Part shown: one piece after another, positions 8,895-17,465 of the stretch | Position numbering within the stretch: the first letter of the stretch is position 1 | Layout of the letters: each line of letters starts with the position of its first letter | Origin: a virus | Taxonomy: Duplodnaviria > Caudoviricetes | Virus record (IMG/VR): IMGVR_UViG_3300042502_000300 | Location: 171 to 64,170 of that record | Length of the DNA stretch: 64,000 bases | Direction: 5' to 3' (one strand) | Notes under the pieces: model-generated | Told to the model about the DNA's origin: nothing | The model's database searches: none | Seen by the model: the letters and a program-made list of their open reading frames with translations, nothing else | Translations under genes and position numbers: made by a program

Positions 8895-9190
8895 TGAAAG
8901 CAATAGTTCAGGTAAATTACCGAGACATGAAAGGTAATGAATATCAGGTACATGAGATTGTATCTGATAGAGTAACACTAGAGTACAAACTATCAGGACA
9001 AACAATATTGGTAGACTTTAATCTAAGTGAAGTTCAATTGGTAATAAATCAAATTTATTTACTCAGGAATCAGGCTTACAGAGATGCAAGATTCGTTAGC
9101 TACACCCACAAGAAAGGTTATGTATTCGAATACTCTATGCCAAATGGTAAAACTTACAAAAATTTAATCAAAAACCCCCTTAATCCATGA
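8894..9190 (+). CDS. Hypothetical early protein
   Basis: 98-aa ORF, ATGA-coupled to the next gene. Confidence 0.75.
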   Translation: MKAIVQVNYRDMKGNEYQVHEIVSDRVTLEYKLSGQTILVDFNLSEVQLVINQIYLLRNQAYRDARFVSYTHKKGYVFEYSMPNGKTYKNLIKNPLNP

Positions 9191-9336
9191 CAATTCTACA
9201 AACAATTAAAGTAACTATCAATGGGACGTTGGTAGTTGCAGACCAAGTAAAAGGCCAAGGCCGTCAAGAAATTTACTACAAATTAGACGGCAATTTATTA
9301 ACATCAGACGAATTTTGGAAAAAAGTAAGGGCATGA
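9187..9336 (+). CDS. Small early protein (49 aa)
   Basis: MTILQTIKVTINGT...; ATGA overlaps on both sides. Confidence 0.65.
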   Translation: MTILQTIKVTINGTLVVADQVKGQGRQEIYYKLDGNLLTSDEFWKKVRA

Positions 9337-9476
9337 AAGCAACAATTCAATTCATCAACAACTACGGAAAGCATGTGGTTATTGATTGCAAATTCAACGA
9401 CAAACGTCACTTAGACAATTTTATTAACTACATACAAAAGAGGTACAACTATGTACTTGATGAGGTATGGTATTAA
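9333..9476 (+). CDS. Small early protein (47 aa)
   Basis: MKATIQFINNYGK...DEVWY*. Confidence 0.65.
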   Translation: MKATIQFINNYGKHVVIDCKFNDKRHLDNFINYIQKRYNYVLDEVWY

Positions 9477-9488
9477 AACTTAGAAATC

Positions 9489-9662
9489 ATGAGAACATAT
9501 TTTTATTGCATAGAAGATAGCTACAGACAAAGAACAGGTCATTACAGAAGCATTCAATTAAACGAAAGTGATATCGAATTGGATAGGTTCGGTTTTAAAA
9601 CATACAACGGGTATTTCTTATTTGAAGATGAGTACCAAGTACAATTGGCTTGCCAAGATTAG
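9489..9662 (+). CDS. Small early protein (57 aa)
   Basis: MRTYFYCIEDSY...LACQD*; its stop codon lies in stem I of the hammerhead. Confidence 0.65.
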   Translation: MRTYFYCIEDSYRQRTGHYRSIQLNESDIELDRFGFKTYNGYFLFEDEYQVQLACQD

Positions 9663-9737
9663 CTGACGAGTATTCAGTATACGAAAACAATTAAATGAGG
9701 GTATCCTCAGCCTGCCCTGGCAGGTTTGTTCCTAATC
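9657..9737 (+). ncRNA. Type I hammerhead ribozyme
   Basis: Stem I GATTAG/CTAATC, core CTGACGA (9663-9669), stem II GTAT-tcagt-ATAC, GAAA (9683-9686), stem III AACAA/TTGTT, cleavage triplet UUC ending at 9731. Confidence 0.9.
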
Positions 9738-9754
9738 ATTAAAACCTTTTAAAC

Positions 9755-9877
9755 ATGGAAAAAATTCTTAACGGCGTATTGACTGCGATAGCGGTTGGTA
9801 TGGGTAGCACATTAGTGTATGCAATCAGCTTTGCAATCTATCAAATAGTAACAAATAGTCCAACTCTTTACATCTAG
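9755..9877 (+). CDS. Small membrane peptide (40 aa)
   Basis: Hydrophobic ORF MEKILNGVLTAIAVGMGSTLVYAISFAIYQIV... Confidence 0.55.
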   Translation: MEKILNGVLTAIAVGMGSTLVYAISFAIYQIVTNSPTLYI

Positions 9878-9882
9878 AAATT

Positions 9883-10173
9883 ATGGAAAAATTTGCAAGA
9901 CGTTGCGATATCACTGGGCGTGGTATGAACGAGGGATATGTATTCGGAGACGGCGAACTTTGCTTCGCTGAGAGAGAGGATTTAATTAGACACTTAAAGA
10001 CATTAGATTGGGAGAATGCGGACGGCAAACGTTCACAAGACATTGATGAAGACGATGTTGATAAGTTGTTGGAGTTCTTCTACAATGAAGATATGTACTA
10101 CTACACGGAATGGGACTTCTACGATATTGACGAGGAGTACTACGATGCAGAAGGAAATGAATACACACTTTAA
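9883..10173 (+). CDS. Acidic early protein
   Basis: ARRCDITGRGMNEGY...YYYTEW; strongly Asp/Glu-rich. Confidence 0.8.
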   Translation: MEKFARRCDITGRGMNEGYVFGDGELCFAEREDLIRHLKTLDWENADGKRSQDIDEDDVDKLLEFFYNEDMYYYTEWDFYDIDEEYYDAEGNEYTL

Positions 10174-10185
10174 AAAATAGAAATC

Positions 10186-10545
10186 ATGGGAAGATATTAT
10201 AACGGGGACATCGAAGGCAAGTTTTGGTTCGGTGTCCAATCAAGCCACTCAGCAGATAGATTTGGTGTAACAGGACATGTGCCTGAGTACATCGAATACC
10301 AATACAACGAAGAGGATAAACCAGGCGTTGAGGCTGAATTAAAGAGAATAGAAAAGTCATTAGGTGACCAATTGAAATTGATGGAAGACTTTTTTGCTAC
10401 AAATTACTCTTATACCAATGACAATTTAATTGGAAACGGAATTGACGAAAATAAACTAAGCGAATATGCGGACTATGTATTAGGCAAGAAAATTCTTGAC
10501 TGCCTAAACGAGAATGGATATTGCGAATTCACAGCAGAACTATGA
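10186..10545 (+). CDS. Conserved phage hypothetical protein
   Basis: MGRYYNGDIEGKFWFGVQSS..ADRFG...CEFTAEL family pattern. Confidence 0.85.
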   Translation: MGRYYNGDIEGKFWFGVQSSHSADRFGVTGHVPEYIEYQYNEEDKPGVEAELKRIEKSLGDQLKLMEDFFATNYSYTNDNLIGNGIDENKLSEYADYVLGKKILDCLNENGYCEFTAEL

Positions 10546-10708
10546 AACTACAAAACAAACAAACAATACTCATTGACGATAGTCAATCAGTATTAACTGG
10601 AAACTACGAATTAGTTGGTCAGGTAGCCGGGACATCTAACAAGTACATAGTTAGGTGTCCTGATACCGATGCAATCCACATTGTCGAACTAAATTTAATT
10701 GATGTAAT

Positions 10709-10855
10709 ATGAAAGAGAGACTAGAATATCTAAGACAAGAGCTTAGATCAGAGAGAATAAGTTGGGGCGAGTTAATAGAACTACAAAGCTTGTCGGCATA
10801 TATCGACAAAGATGACGTAGAACTATTAGAAGCATCCGGAGTAGAAGAATTTTAA
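10709..10855 (+). CDS. Small early protein (48 aa)
   Basis: MKERLEYLRQELRSERISWGELIELQSL... Confidence 0.7.
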   Translation: MKERLEYLRQELRSERISWGELIELQSLSAYIDKDDVELLEASGVEEF

Positions 10856-10866
10856 AACCAAACAAC

Positions 10867-11040
10867 ATGAAGAACATAACAATCCTAGCAGTCGGTATAA
10901 TAATCGGCATGTCGATCGTTGCAGTAATGAAACTAAGCGACCGACCAAAACCTAGACCTTTCAGACCAATCAGTGTAGAGCAGTTCGAAAGGGAGCAACC
11001 CCCGGTCTTACAAAAGTACGGCAAGTTAATCGTTGATTAA
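10867..11040 (+). CDS. Small membrane-anchored protein (57 aa)
   Basis: MKNITILAVGIIIGMSIVAVM hydrophobic N-terminus. Confidence 0.6.
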   Translation: MKNITILAVGIIIGMSIVAVMKLSDRPKPRPFRPISVEQFEREQPPVLQKYGKLIVD

Positions 11041-11094
11041 AGCTTTACTTTAAGTATGTTACGTTTGTGCCTCACAATCAACAAGTTATGTTAA

Positions 11095-11376
11095 CCCATG
11101 TTGATTTGATGTTGATTTTTTTGACGTAAGTGCCTGATTATCAGGCGTTCATGTCAGAATGTCGAAAATGAACCTCGACTTTTATATTTTTACACACATA
11201 GAGAGATACGTTCTCTCTATGTATTATATATAATTTTTAATTTTTTTTCTATAGTAGGGGGTAAAATTAACATTCTGACATAAACCCTTATAGAATAAGG
11301 GATTAAGAAAAAAAAATCAACATAAAACCAACACTAACTACCCAAAAACCAACATTAAACCACCAAAACCAACATT
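11095..11376. other. Candidate replication origin (symmetric nested inverted repeats, AT-rich core)
   Basis: ATGTTGATTTTTTT 11109-11122 pairs with 11310-11323, ATGTCAGAATGT 11151-11162 pairs with 11270-11281, central palindrome at 11196-11222. Confidence 0.55.
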
Positions 11377-11964
11377 ATGAACGCAGTAATCGAAGCCTTT
11401 TTAGTAGGCAAAAAGAAAAAACAAGGCAACGGCCAAACAGACGGCCGTTCGCTCTACCTATTCGGCAACTTAATCGCGGAGCACCGCGAAGACGGAATGT
11501 ATGTATCGAATGCCGGCTGGCCAACCAGAACGACAAACAAATGGTTAAACATGCTACCTGATACTCGTGTCTACTCACATAAAAAAACTCCTTACCTGAA
11601 CGGCGAGAAATGGGACGGCGATATGACAAAGGTAAACGACAACGTTCAGCCTGAGGCAAAGCATGTCGGCGAGATATTCGACATGACATGCGAGTACATT
11701 CGCTTAGACGGTTGGAGGGGATATTCAAAACCAATCTATTCAGTTCACATGGAACCGGACACAGGAGGGTGGGACGACAGTCCATATCCAAACGCTCAGG
11801 CGTTGATCAAGGAAAAATTAGCTGAGCTAAAGGCTATAGGAATTCCGGTAAAAGTTGTAACATCTGAGACGTCAAACGTTTTCTGTGTAAACCATTTCAT
11901 TATTGTACCACCTAAATTTTATAACGATGCAACCACAAGACTTGAACTTCGAAACGTGGGATGA
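11377..11964 (+). CDS. Hypothetical protein
   Basis: 195-aa ORF (LYLFGNLIA...AGWPTRTT). Confidence 0.8.
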   Translation: MNAVIEAFLVGKKKKQGNGQTDGRSLYLFGNLIAEHREDGMYVSNAGWPTRTTNKWLNMLPDTRVYSHKKTPYLNGEKWDGDMTKVNDNVQPEAKHVGEIFDMTCEYIRLDGWRGYSKPIYSVHMEPDTGGWDDSPYPNAQALIKEKLAELKAIGIPVKVVTSETSNVFCVNHFIIVPPKFYNDATTRLELRNVG

Positions 11965-12169
11965 GTTATTCGACTACATCCTAGAGAGTAAAATTAACGG
12001 CCAAAAGAAGCAGTCGTTAGAATTATTTAACGCGCTCCCAAATCGGGAGCATAGACAAATGTTCATTGACCATGTCAGTGAGGCATATCATTACGAGGCG
12101 ATGCATAACGGCCAACAGAACGAGTTAGCAGACACATTAAAATTTTATTATGAAAGTAGAGATAGTTGA
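11927..12169 (+). CDS. Hypothetical protein
   Basis: FDYILESKINGQKKQ; start moved to the ATG at 11927. Confidence 0.7.
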   Translation: MQPQDLNFETWDELFDYILESKINGQKKQSLELFNALPNREHRQMFIDHVSEAYHYEAMHNGQQNELADTLKFYYESRDS

Positions 12170-12429
12170 GAGCTGGTCATCAGCTAAGACAATCGGATTT
12201 GCGGTTAGCTATTCGATTGAGGATAAGGAGATACTTATTCATTTTTTGTTTCACGGCATATTCATAAAGCTATGAGGTTCTATGCAAAGTACACCTTGTT
12301 CGGGTATAAGTTCAGGCAAGGTGAGATGAAACGAAACAAAGACTTAATCAGGCGTTATCATCATAGGGCAGTTGTCAATGAAGATGGTAACATTATTATT
12401 CAAATCGGTAAATTTAAAATTGTATTAAC

Positions 12430-12768
12430 ATGAGAGCACAAACGAAAGAAAAGTACATGACAGTATTGAGATACATGCATGAACAAAACAAACCATTTTC
12501 ACTTTTAGAAATCAAGCAGAAAGCAGGTGCGCATAGCACGATGTTATCATCATGCGTAAGGCTTGGATTGATCGAGCGTAAGAAAGGTAAGTACAGTTGG
12601 GTAGGCGACGTGCCAACAAAGACAACTGCCAATCGGGTGCATGCGAATCTACGCAAGACGTATGAAAGGCCAGTCGAAAGGAAGGTAGTCCAACCGATCA
12701 AACGAACAACGCGACGTAGAGTTCGCACGGCAAGTATTTTATGGGGTCTAATTAAATTCAACTACTAA
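12430..12768 (+). CDS. Probable winged-helix DNA-binding protein
   Basis: Basic ORF, FSLLEIKQK...LGLIERKKGKYSW. Confidence 0.6.
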   Translation: MRAQTKEKYMTVLRYMHEQNKPFSLLEIKQKAGAHSTMLSSCVRLGLIERKKGKYSWVGDVPTKTTANRVHANLRKTYERPVERKVVQPIKRTTRRRVRTASILWGLIKFNY

Positions 12769-13235
12769 TGTATCACATCTGCTACCTCCTCACAAATGGT
12801 GATTGTGATGGGATAAAATGCTCAGGCATTAACATCGAAGCGTCAAGCTATCAGGACGCAATTAAAAAATTCCAGAAGGAATGTTCTAATCAGATAGTTT
12901 ATATTTGTAAGCAAGAAATAATACACCAATGTTAACTGCTTACGACATAAAGTTTGACAACGGCAAACACACACGAGTGATGGCTCCCAACAAGAGCATT
13001 GCCGTTGTATACTTTATGTTATTCTTCGACATGGACATAGAGTCCATTGAAGAATGTAGAGTTCAAATCATTATCGAACAATTTAATCTTAACTAACCAT
13101 GGCAATTCTATTTTGCGCCTTGATGTTTATCACGGCACATTCTCGCTACGCGGTAGTGAGATATCTAGGCGTATCTACCGGATTTATCGGTATGATGTTT
13201 TACACAATTGTATTTACTAATCAATACCTTTTAAA

Positions 13236-13604
13236 ATGAGAAAATTATTTATTATGTTGCTGTTGGCAGGGAGTGCCAACGCACAATGGGTTCCAATCAA
13301 GGGCTTTCAAGAGGATAGCCCAGGCAACTTCAGTTACTATTCAATGGACAAGCAGAACGCCATTGACATGTGCAAGGAAGCTTTGCGAATTAACAACGTC
13401 AACCTATCTACAATTGGCGTAGATAAGAAACACGACCCGATGATCAACAACCACTTAATGAAACCTGATCAACCTGATATGGTGTACATGGTTTATGTTG
13501 CAAAGTCAACTAGTGGGTATGTCGTTCGCTTAGTATTCAGAGAGAATCAATACTTTGAGATTGAAGAGGACTTTATGACAATCGTGTATGAAGGCGTGGA
13601 ATGA
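13236..13604 (+). CDS. Secreted or periplasmic protein
   Basis: Signal peptide MRKLFIMLLLAGSANA/Q, with the Gln at +1 typical of Bacteroidota. Confidence 0.75.
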   Translation: MRKLFIMLLLAGSANAQWVPIKGFQEDSPGNFSYYSMDKQNAIDMCKEALRINNVNLSTIGVDKKHDPMINNHLMKPDQPDMVYMVYVAKSTSGYVVRLVFRENQYFEIEEDFMTIVYEGVE

Positions 13605-13977
13605 TTTAATATCTGACAAGTATGTCACCATGTACACGACTGAGAGGTCGATGTACTACATTGACAAGGGCGTTCGCATCGAGCGTTTCAATGAAAGTGG
13701 TGACATAATTGTTCAGAACACCATGACAAACTCAGAGAAGTTTGTTAAGGTTACACCTCAGCAGTATGAGGTGTTCGAGAACTTGGGTTGGTACCCAGGT
13801 ATACTGAAGGTAAACATCGACATCATTGATTCCAAGTTGATCAAGGCTAACTACCAAATGAAGCTAGCGCTCAACAATGAAGAGCCTACTGAAAAAATAT
13901 ACGCTCAAAGGGAAAAATTGTTGTTGAAATATTTTGAATATAAGAAACGTTTTAATAAATTTGTAGACTTAAATTAA
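13588..13977 (+). CDS. Hypothetical protein
   Basis: 129-aa ORF. Confidence 0.75.
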   Translation: MKAWNDLISDKYVTMYTTERSMYYIDKGVRIERFNESGDIIVQNTMTNSEKFVKVTPQQYEVFENLGWYPGILKVNIDIIDSKLIKANYQMKLALNNEEPTEKIYAQREKLLLKYFEYKKRFNKFVDLN

Positions 13978-13982
13978 ATAAC

Positions 13983-14195
13983 ATGAGAAATAACGGAGAT
14001 GAACCAATAAATTTTATTGAACTTGGTCGTAAAGGGTTAAATGGTTTAACTAAACGCGAATACTTTGCAGGATTGGCTATGCAAGGATTAATGGCTTGTT
14101 CTGTTATTTCTGCTTCAAGAAAAGAAATAGCAGAGGAAGCAGTAAAACAAGCTGATGATTTACTTGAAGAACTTGAAAAAACTAAATCAGAATAA
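13983..14195 (+). CDS. Widespread phage hypothetical protein
   Basis: GLTKREYFAGLAMQGL...AVKQADDLLEEL motif; ends in KSE*. Confidence 0.8.
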   Translation: MRNNGDEPINFIELGRKGLNGLTKREYFAGLAMQGLMACSVISASRKEIAEEAVKQADDLLEELEKTKSE

Positions 14196-14198
14196 CTT

Positions 14199-14675
14199 AT
14201 GCACTGGAGAAATTTAATGAAAGACAACAAATACCTTGGGGCATGGGACCTAGAGGTAGCCGGTAAGTACGAGCCGAAGGTCGTTACAATCGAGCGCATC
14301 TATGCCGACACTATGGTCGGAGAGATGGGTAAGGAGGACAAGGTATTCGCCAAGCTTAAGGAGTTTCCAAAGGCTATGGTGTGCAACCGGACAAACTTCA
14401 AGCGATTAGAGACATTCTTTGGGTCATTCAATCCGGACGACTACATCGGCAAGCAAATCGTTTTGACGACTGAGAAGGTTAAGAGTCCACAAGGCTTGGT
14501 TGATGCGTTGCGTTTCAGCACACGACCAATCCCTCAGAAGACCAAGGCTAAACTGACTAAGTTGGATGCCGCGGTTGACTCGATTAAGAACGGACGATCA
14601 ACCTTTGATAAAATCGCTGATGCTTACGAATTGACTGACGATCAGGTTAAAGCTTTGAAGGATGCTTCGAATTAG
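14199..14675 (+). CDS. Putative ssDNA-annealing or recombination partner protein
   Basis: HWR...YLGAWDL...CNRTN...GKQIVL...ALR; lies just upstream of the exonuclease and SSB. Confidence 0.55.
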   Translation: MHWRNLMKDNKYLGAWDLEVAGKYEPKVVTIERIYADTMVGEMGKEDKVFAKLKEFPKAMVCNRTNFKRLETFFGSFNPDDYIGKQIVLTTEKVKSPQGLVDALRFSTRPIPQKTKAKLTKLDAAVDSIKNGRSTFDKIADAYELTDDQVKALKDASN

Positions 14676-15447
14676 GTCATCCAAATGTAGCGCTCTCTTT
14701 TCAGGACCGATTGGAGGGCTTACGCCTAAGCAGAAGGAGACATTGAGTGACTACCTATCAAAGATACAGTTAACAGTTAAGCAGGCAGAGGAGAGAGATA
14801 GGCTACAACAGAAGGAGAAGGATGCCAATGAGCTACCTGAGGGTGCTAAGACATTGATCCAGGAGATCATTGACGAGAAGATGTATGAGTACCATGTAGA
14901 GTTAGACAAGCGCGAGCTTGAGAAGGGCTGGGCTGTTGAGGAGCAATCAATTGAGCGTTACAACCGATTGTTCTTTACTGACTACAAGAAGTTGGAGGAT
15001 GGTGACATGTATGCATCGCTTGAGTACGGCATATCGAAAGGTCATCCGGACGTTGTTGACGAGCGTGATATGTTGGTACTTGACGTGAAAAGTTCATGGA
15101 ATAAGAAGACATTCACGAAGACTATAGAGAAGGCTACCAAGAAAGTTAAGGAGTCAGGGTATGATTGGCAGGTTAAACATTACTTGTACATGCTACGCAA
15201 GATGACTGGTAAAGATTGGCGTAATGGTGTGGTAGCATTTGTATTGTGTTCAACACCTGAGGAGTTAGTTCCTGAGTGGGAGGGAGACCAACTGCACTAT
15301 GTGGACCACCTACCTGACAACATGTTGGTGACCAGGGTGATGTTGACGTTGACTGATGAGGAGATTGAGTTCATGGAGGCTAGGCTTGAGTCAGCTGAGA
15401 AATATGCAAACGAGTATATTAAGTACCTGAAAAACAAGAACTTATGA
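14662..15447 (+). CDS. YqaJ/lambda-exo-like PD-(D/E)xK exonuclease
   Basis: IRSS, EKG..VE, GHPD, LDVKSSW and YDWQ..HY motifs. Confidence 0.85.
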   Translation: MLRIRSSKCSALFSGPIGGLTPKQKETLSDYLSKIQLTVKQAEERDRLQQKEKDANELPEGAKTLIQEIIDEKMYEYHVELDKRELEKGWAVEEQSIERYNRLFFTDYKKLEDGDMYASLEYGISKGHPDVVDERDMLVLDVKSSWNKKTFTKTIEKATKKVKESGYDWQVKHYLYMLRKMTGKDWRNGVVAFVLCSTPEELVPEWEGDQLHYVDHLPDNMLVTRVMLTLTDEEIEFMEARLESAEKYANEYIKYLKNKNL

Positions 15448-15728
15448 AAGTAAGAATCAAATCAGCTAAGACGTATGTAGGCCTTGATCACTTGGTGGGT
15501 AAGACATTCGATGCTGTCAAGGTTAATTCCGACTACAGTGGGTATTATGTAGACGTTGAGATAATAAAGGGTAAGACTTCATCACTATACTTCCTACCAT
15601 GGGAAGTTGAGGAGGTTGACGAAGTAATTGAAAAGATACATGACTATCAATCAGCAATTTCTCTTGCGTCTATATCAGTATTTTTAATAGCAGTTATCTT
15701 AATGATAGTTTTAAAATTTGTAATCTAA
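15444..15728 (+). CDS. Hypothetical protein with C-terminal TM helix
   Basis: Hydrophobic C-terminus. Confidence 0.7.
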   Translation: MKVRIKSAKTYVGLDHLVGKTFDAVKVNSDYSGYYVDVEIIKGKTSSLYFLPWEVEEVDEVIEKIHDYQSAISLASISVFLIAVILMIVLKFVI

Positions 15729-15740
15729 TAATCAATAAAT

Positions 15741-16061
15741 ATGTTTAAATTCAAAGGGATCGTCCACAAGGTTGGCGCGACAAATCAAGTGTCTGACAAG
15801 TTCAAGAAACGTGAGGTAGTATTAACAGATGGAGCGACTGAATATCCTCAGTACATCCCATTTACATTTGTCCAGGACAAGTGTTCGTTAGCTGATAGTT
15901 TAATTGAAGGTCAAGAGGTTGAGTTTTCATTCAGTCTTAAGGGACGTGAGTGGACAAGCCCACAAGGTGAGGTTAAATTCTTCTCTACAATCGAGGCATT
16001 CAACGTAGCTGGGGCGCCTGCACCGGCACCTGCTTCAGAGGAAGAGGACTTACCATTCTAA
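15741..16061 (+). CDS. Single-stranded DNA-binding protein (DUF3127 type)
   Basis: KFKKREVVL...YPQYI...QDKC...LKGREW and an acidic EEDLPF tail. Confidence 0.9.
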   Translation: MFKFKGIVHKVGATNQVSDKFKKREVVLTDGATEYPQYIPFTFVQDKCSLADSLIEGQEVEFSFSLKGREWTSPQGEVKFFSTIEAFNVAGAPAPAPASEEEDLPF

Positions 16062-16064
16062 TAT

Positions 16065-16090
16065 TAAGGGGGAGCGATCCCCCTATTATT
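16065..16090 (+). terminator. Hairpin terminator after the SSB gene
   Basis: GGGGG-agcgat-CCCCC followed by TATTATT. Confidence 0.55.
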
Positions 16091-16113
16091 CTTATCTTTG
16101 TTAAAAACTTATT

Positions 16114-16455
16114 ATGGCACCAAACAAATTTATCGGACAATTGTTCCAATCTCGCGACATGATGCATATCGCGCATTTACAAACTACATCATTCGCTGAG
16201 CACAAGGCATTGAATGCTTATTATGATGGGATCCTTGACTTAACTGACTCATTTACTGAGAAGTACTTCGGTGGTAACAAGAGAGTTGAGTTTACAATTC
16301 CTGAGTCCAAGAACATGGATGCAGTGTCTCACATGAAAGAGATGAAGAAACTTATTGAGGCTGAGCGTGCTAACTACAGCTCTGACCTCCAGAACATTAT
16401 GGATGAGATGCTCGGATTAGTACACGAGACATTATATCTTTTGACTTTAGTTTAG
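16114..16455 (+). CDS. Ferritin-like four-helix protein (DUF5856-like)
   Basis: HIAHLQT.SFAEHKAL..YY...D.F.EKY...DLQNIMDEM...LYLLTL; own TATCTTTG promoter just upstream. Confidence 0.8.
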   Translation: MAPNKFIGQLFQSRDMMHIAHLQTTSFAEHKALNAYYDGILDLTDSFTEKYFGGNKRVEFTIPESKNMDAVSHMKEMKKLIEAERANYSSDLQNIMDEMLGLVHETLYLLTLV

Positions 16456-16547
16456 GTTTCAGTTAGAATTCTGAGGTTAGCCCTCCATGTGGGGAAAAAT
16501 TCTAGGTAGGTGTGCATGGACATCCTATCTTTTTTAAATCAAATCAA

Positions 16548-16781
16548 ATGAAATATTGGACATCTACATCAACTGTGGACAGCTCGCTTGGCGACTCTAT
16601 TGTCGAATCAGTAATCAATAAATATAAGAAACGCTCCCAAACTGGGATCAACAAGTACGGCACAACAATGGACCGGGAAGATCTATCAGTCTTGGATTGG
16701 CTACGCCATGCCCAGGAGGAGGCTCAGGACTTGACGTTGTATCTTGAGAAGTTGATTGTGAAAGAAGAGCTTAAGTTATAG
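16548..16781 (+). CDS. Conserved phage protein (GINKYGTT...EEAQD type)
   Basis: DSIVESV...RSQTGINKYGTTMDREDLS..DWLRHAQEEAQDLTLY; start moved to the ATG at 16548. Confidence 0.8.
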   Translation: MKYWTSTSTVDSSLGDSIVESVINKYKKRSQTGINKYGTTMDREDLSVLDWLRHAQEEAQDLTLYLEKLIVKEELKL

Positions 16782-16918
16782 CACCCCATTGCCTCTCTTA
16801 GATGCACACTAGTGGGAGTACGATAGACAGGACAGCTGACTGATTCTATCTAGCTGTGTAAGGCTAAGTGTATTCGCGCTTACACATGACCACCAAGCTA
16901 AAGTCGGGTGGTTATTTT
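16782..16918 (+). ncRNA. Candidate structured ncRNA ending in a terminator hairpin
   Basis: Stems CCCATTG/TAGTGGG, GATAGA/TCTATC, ACAGCT/AGCTGT, TGTGTAAG/CTTACACA, and TGACCACC/GGTGGTTA followed by TTTT. Confidence 0.45.
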
Positions 16919-17180
16919 AACGCCAACAAAAGACAGTAAATGAAAATAGTGGCAAATGTTTGATAACAAATCAATAAACAAAAAGGGGTAAAAGTTGCCC
17001 CTTATATTAAATAGAAATGATAAATCAGAATAAGATGACAGAGAAAACAAAGGCAATTATATTCTTACTATTTATATTGGGTGTATTTTGCTATGGACTA
17101 CTACACTTAGTAAGTTACATTTTTAGAGGTTGCTTTTAAGTAAGTTGCCAAGTAGTGAATCAAATTAAATAATAAATAAA

Positions 17181-17465
17181 ATGGAAGAGAAAATCAAACA
17201 ATTAATAGAACGTGATGCATTGGCATCCAAGTCGCAAAAGCAAAAGCATGTACATAGACGTCATTACCTCTTCTACTTATTGAGAGAGCGAGTCGGTATG
17301 ACACTGGAGGCGATAGGTGAATTATTTAATCGGGACCACGCTACAGTCATCCACGGCATCAATATCTATAAGTCCAGGGAAGAGATGAAAGATCCATACA
17401 TGAACCGAGACATTGCTGAATATAAAGAATTCCTACAAGATGATAACTTACTTCAAATCAATTAA
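17181..17465 (+). CDS. DnaA C-terminal (domain IV)-like HTH protein
   Basis: TLEAIGELFNRDHATVIHG matches the DnaA domain IV signature. Confidence 0.8.
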   Translation: MEEKIKQLIERDALASKSQKQKHVHRRHYLFYLLRERVGMTLEAIGELFNRDHATVIHGINIYKSREEMKDPYMNRDIAEYKEFLQDDNLLQIN

